A DNA stretch of 53,606 nucleotides, filler included, from Streblomastix strix (lineage: Eukaryota): the NCBI GenBank assembly GCA_008636045.1. It is 2 parts of 2 records of this genome, joined end to end, with 100 filler letters (N's around TTAATTAATTAA, not from the genome) between each part and the next. Parts side by side here need not be neighbours in the genome. Positions count along the whole stretch, not along the records: positions 26,871 to 53,606 come from SNRW01000156.1; 1 more part is not named here. One strand, 5' to 3'. Positions 50,201 through 53,606 of the stretch are shown here, one piece after another. The position numbers and the translations under genes are program-made. The first letter of the stretch is position 1, and each line of letters opens with the position of its first letter. The notes beneath the pieces were generated by a model. The model saw only the letters and a list, made by a program, of their open reading frames with translations, made no database searches and was not told the DNA's origin.

Positions 50201-53200
50201 CTCTTTGGGTTAAATGGCAGTCGGAGAGCGTGCATATGAAATCGCTGAATTAAAACGCATTGTTAGAGCTTAACATATTATATATTTGTTTCATCTGTGC
50301 TTTAACATCATTTATTTCTTGTTCGTAGCGGTCTGCTTATCTCTCTTTTTTACTTTTCACCTTCCCAATATGAGGTGAAGAGGCAACTCGTCTAAGAATA
50401 TTTTATTCTTCAACATTTGATCTAAAAAGGTTCTTCACCAACTTCAATGTTTCCTCTGACTAATTTCCGAAAATAAGCACGCCTACTAAAGACTGGTTTC
50501 TTGGAATGGCTTACGTAGTTGATATTTAATCAGCTAAAAGAGGTGATCTTGGAATTGTGGGATTAGATTGAAGTGTGAAAGATTTAAAAGAATTAAAAGA
50601 TGGTTGTTATCCACCAAATTATTTAGCGATTGAAAAATTATTCTAACTTCCTAACCTTTGCTATGAGCTAATCTATTTAAACTGATTCATACTTAAAGAT
50701 TATTATGTATTTCCAGAATCATCAGAAAAATTCATTGAATTTAATTTCTTCTGTTCTGCATATTGCATTCTTTATAGACTCGCCTCCATAATTGCTGACA
50801 TATTATCATCAAAGCCAGAGTGTGTTTTATCCATAAGAGCAAATAGTTGCTCCCCACATTTAGTGATGTTACTATCATCTAAATTGAATGCTTCGTGTTG
50901 CATAATCATTTCCGCTTGTGTAACTGCCTTCCCATCTATATGGCTTGTGTGGAATAAACTGGGTATTTGGTAGTTGGCAGCATTGATTAATGAATCATAT
51001 ACGGGTGATGCGCAGAGGAGTGACAGATATCGAAGTACAAGGATGGCATTCTTCAAAATCTAATTACTTTCATCTTTCACTTTCACACCATCAGGAGGTT
51101 TTTAACTCTATGATTATGAATTTTCTTTCATTGATTCAAGTAGAAACTTAGAAGGCTTAAATTAGTTAAACTAGTTATAACTTTGTGATTTCAACTGAAA
51201 ATTTCCAATCTTTGTTTGGAAAGCATTAGCACTAATATTATCTGAAGTTGATCTTGAATTTTATAATGACTCATTATCATAATCTTTCCTCTTCTATTAA
51301 ACATCAACATACACTTTTCTATTGGCTTTCATNNNNNNNNNNNNNNNNNNNNNNNNNNNNNNNNNNNNNNNNNNNNNNNNNNNNNNNNNNNNNNNNNNNN
51401 NNNNNNNNNNNNNNNNNNNNNNNNNNNNNNNNCAATCTTTGTTTGGAAAGCATTAGCACTAATATTATCTGAAGTTGATCTTGAATTTTATAATGACTCA
51501 TTATCATAATCTTTCCTCTTCTATTAAACATCAACATACACTTTTCTATTGGCTTTCATAATCAGTCCTAAGATTTGCTCTGCTGGTGTAATCTCAGCTC
51601 TGCATATGTCAGTTCCATATAAAGATGTGAGTAAGATAATCACACCCTCACTGTCAATCTCAAATACATGATTAATAAAGCTGTTAAAAGACTAATGTTC
51701 TTTGCTTTCATAGCTATTCTTAGTGTCTTTCCTTTTGCTTGTTTTATTCTGCAATAGTGCACTTCTTAAAGATTATTGTGAAAGGTTTTATTGTGAAAAA
51801 TTATCAATTTTATCTTGTGGTTAATTATTTGTAAGTTATAATTGCTCCTCCAATATTAATGCATTGCAAATTTAATACAGTAATGTTTCTCTTTATTGAC
51901 TTTATTTATCATCATCATCAGATGAAGTTACAATTGGAGCAAATAATATTTATGATCGCATAATAATATCTGCAGCTTAATTATTACCCAAAGAAAGAAG
52001 AGTAAGTAGTGCAAGTGTGATATGGAGAATGCGCTTCAATTTAGATAGGTCGCCTTATCGCTGCATATTCTCTGGTATAAAGAATGGCTACAAATATTCA
52101 ATTTCATTGATATCTTAGTTGGAATCTTGTTATTATAACGAATCAGACGATTCTGTAGAAGAAGATTTATAAGTGAGTATATCGTACAATGAAGATGCAT
52201 GTGAAAGAAGACGGAATGAATTAGAGATCATTCCGCTTGAGATGAGAGATTCTTGAACCCATAATAAGAATTCTGAATTGTTCCTCAGCAAACAAATAAG
52301 TTCAAAGCCAAATGTCGGTGAAAATGGTTTTAAATTTGGTGAAATTTTGGAGAAAAGCTTCAAAAGCAATGTTTCAACATTTTAGAGGAGTAATTGCATT
52401 ATATTAAAAGGGAAATTGACTCTTGAAGCTTTGGGCTTTTTCTAAAACATTGTTATATCGACAGTTTTATCGTTTTTTTCTTTTACAGCCTTATAGGTTT
52501 CAAATTAATTAGATTAGCGTTTATACATCATTGATTACTAATGAATTAATTTCGGTTTTGAATCGGCATTACCATCAATTTAAGCATTAAGTTTGGAAGG
52601 TTTGTATGTTTTAATATCAGTAACCCCAGCAACTTTCTTTCTATCAAATAAATCATCATCCCCTGTATTTTCTCTCCTTTTTTCCTGTTATTTATACTTC
52701 TATAATTTCTGCAATCCTTCATCAAACTTAATCTGCATCTCTTTCTCATATTGGGAGATCAGAACTGAGAGTTGCTGAGATTGTTGCACAATTTCAGACA
52801 GGAGATACACATTGTGTACTCCCACTTTCTTCATAAGCCAGGCATCTCTTTCAGGATGGGTCTTTGTCAGAATGAGATACGATTGTGTCATGTTCTCAGC
52901 TGATCCTGAACTATTTGCAATCAAGTTTTTGGTTTCGCCTAATGAGTTTGAATATGTGCGGAATAGTGAATACACCAGCCTTGTCTATGCTATACGTTTC
53001 TTTGTTGGTTCATCATATAGCTTCATTGCTAGCTTAATATACCCTTCAGATTTTATTTACTCTTCATATGTGCGCCAAAGTGACGTTTTTTATTTTTATA
53101 CTGGTTATTTTTCTCTCAGTTATTATGAGATATTGGCTAAAATCTTATGATCCATTATTGTTCCTTAATTTTGAGGTTTGTTATCATTTCCTTGTTATAA

Positions 53201-53606
53201 ATCTGTTTCATCCAGGAAATCAACGTCACTGTTAATCTCTTCATCATTATAACTCTCGCTGTCACTCTCAATTAGTTTACCAGATTTCTTTTATAATAAT
53301 TTAGTAGTTGAAGAAGAAGATGATGATTATAACTTAGAAAGTGTTTTCTGTGTTTTATGCTTCTTTTTCCTTATTGATGATGAAGGTATATCTGAAGAAT
53401 CACTATTAATACTCATTGATGATCCACCTGATTTGAGTATGTATCCGCTCTTCAAGTGAATAATCTGCCCAATTTCATCGTAATTCACAAATCGTGAAAG
53501 AGGAATGGTCTTGCTCAGTGGAGTCAGTTTCCAGAGGTATGATTCAAACTCGACGTGGACAATACGCGATTTTTCGAGAGAAATGCGATAATTCTCGTTC
53601 AATTCT
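35227..53606 (-). CDS. Giant inositol-1,4,5-trisphosphate/ryanodine-receptor-family Ca2+-release channel (>6000 aa, N-terminus outside the window)
   Basis: RIH-associated-like segments IRFLSWLCTGNNEIMQALL and HTLDALIGLVRGPHSANQKR; TM region; pore helix CETLLGCFAMMIW; S6 LMNILQGIIIDSFTEQRD; Zn-finger ECLICG...FEQHVNQEHN; MTATERY; stop TGA 35229-35227. The protein-like minus-strand ORF fragments share one frame on each side of the 51333-51432 gap. The frame was spot-checked, not read codon by codon. Confidence 0.88.
36027..36082 (-). other. 56-nt spliceosomal intron in the channel gene
   Basis: Minus strand GTTTTTTTG...TATCTAATATTTTATAG with a CTAAT branch-like motif. Removal restores the frame (NQLLG|RDNWLNVV). 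Confidence 0.85.
51206..51559. other. False scaffold gap: 127-bp overlap duplicated on both sides of 100 N
   Basis: 51206-51332 is identical to 51433-51559. Collapsing the 227-bp offset puts both halves of the channel ORF in one frame. Confidence 0.9.

Noticed and set aside
51206..51559. Biological 127-bp direct repeat or frameshift in the channel gene
   Set aside because: Identical copies flank an N-gap, and collapsing them restores the frame: an unmerged contig overlap.

Overview
AT-rich eukaryotic DNA read in a variant genetic code in which TAA/TAG encode Gln and TGA is the only stop. The supplied standard-code ORF track therefore fragments every real gene. The code and style are compatible with an oxymonad such as Streblomastix, but this host guess is inference; ciliates and hexamitid diplomonads share the code. 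The window is two pieces joined by an artificial N44-TTAATTAATTAA-N44 linker at 26771-26870. Left piece: a degenerate GC-richer ORF remnant (~2.5-3.95 kb), then a ~22 kb endogenous Maverick/Polinton-like virus (~4.87-26.77 kb) written in the host code. The virus encodes a protein-primed PolB with an internal HNH-like insert, an HNH nuclease plus a stand-alone copy of its C-terminal domain, an rve integrase with a D-D(35)-D triad, a ~1100-aa tail-fibre-like repeat protein, a 513-aa putative receptor-binding protein, an amphipathic-helix protein directly upstream of an intact 570-aa double-jelly-roll major capsid protein, a penton, an A32-like packaging ATPase and several orphans. Nearly every plus-strand gene is preceded by a TTATTTTT-N(~6-16)-AAATG motif. 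The element is decaying and carries a nested 1.8-kb hAT-like transposon. Right piece (host genes): the 3' part of a B12-dependent class II ribonucleotide reductase, a ~2070-codon SAC3/GANP-family gene with one in-frame TGA, and a >6000-codon IP3R/RyR-type Ca2+-release channel with a non-canonical pore on the minus strand, split by a false gap.
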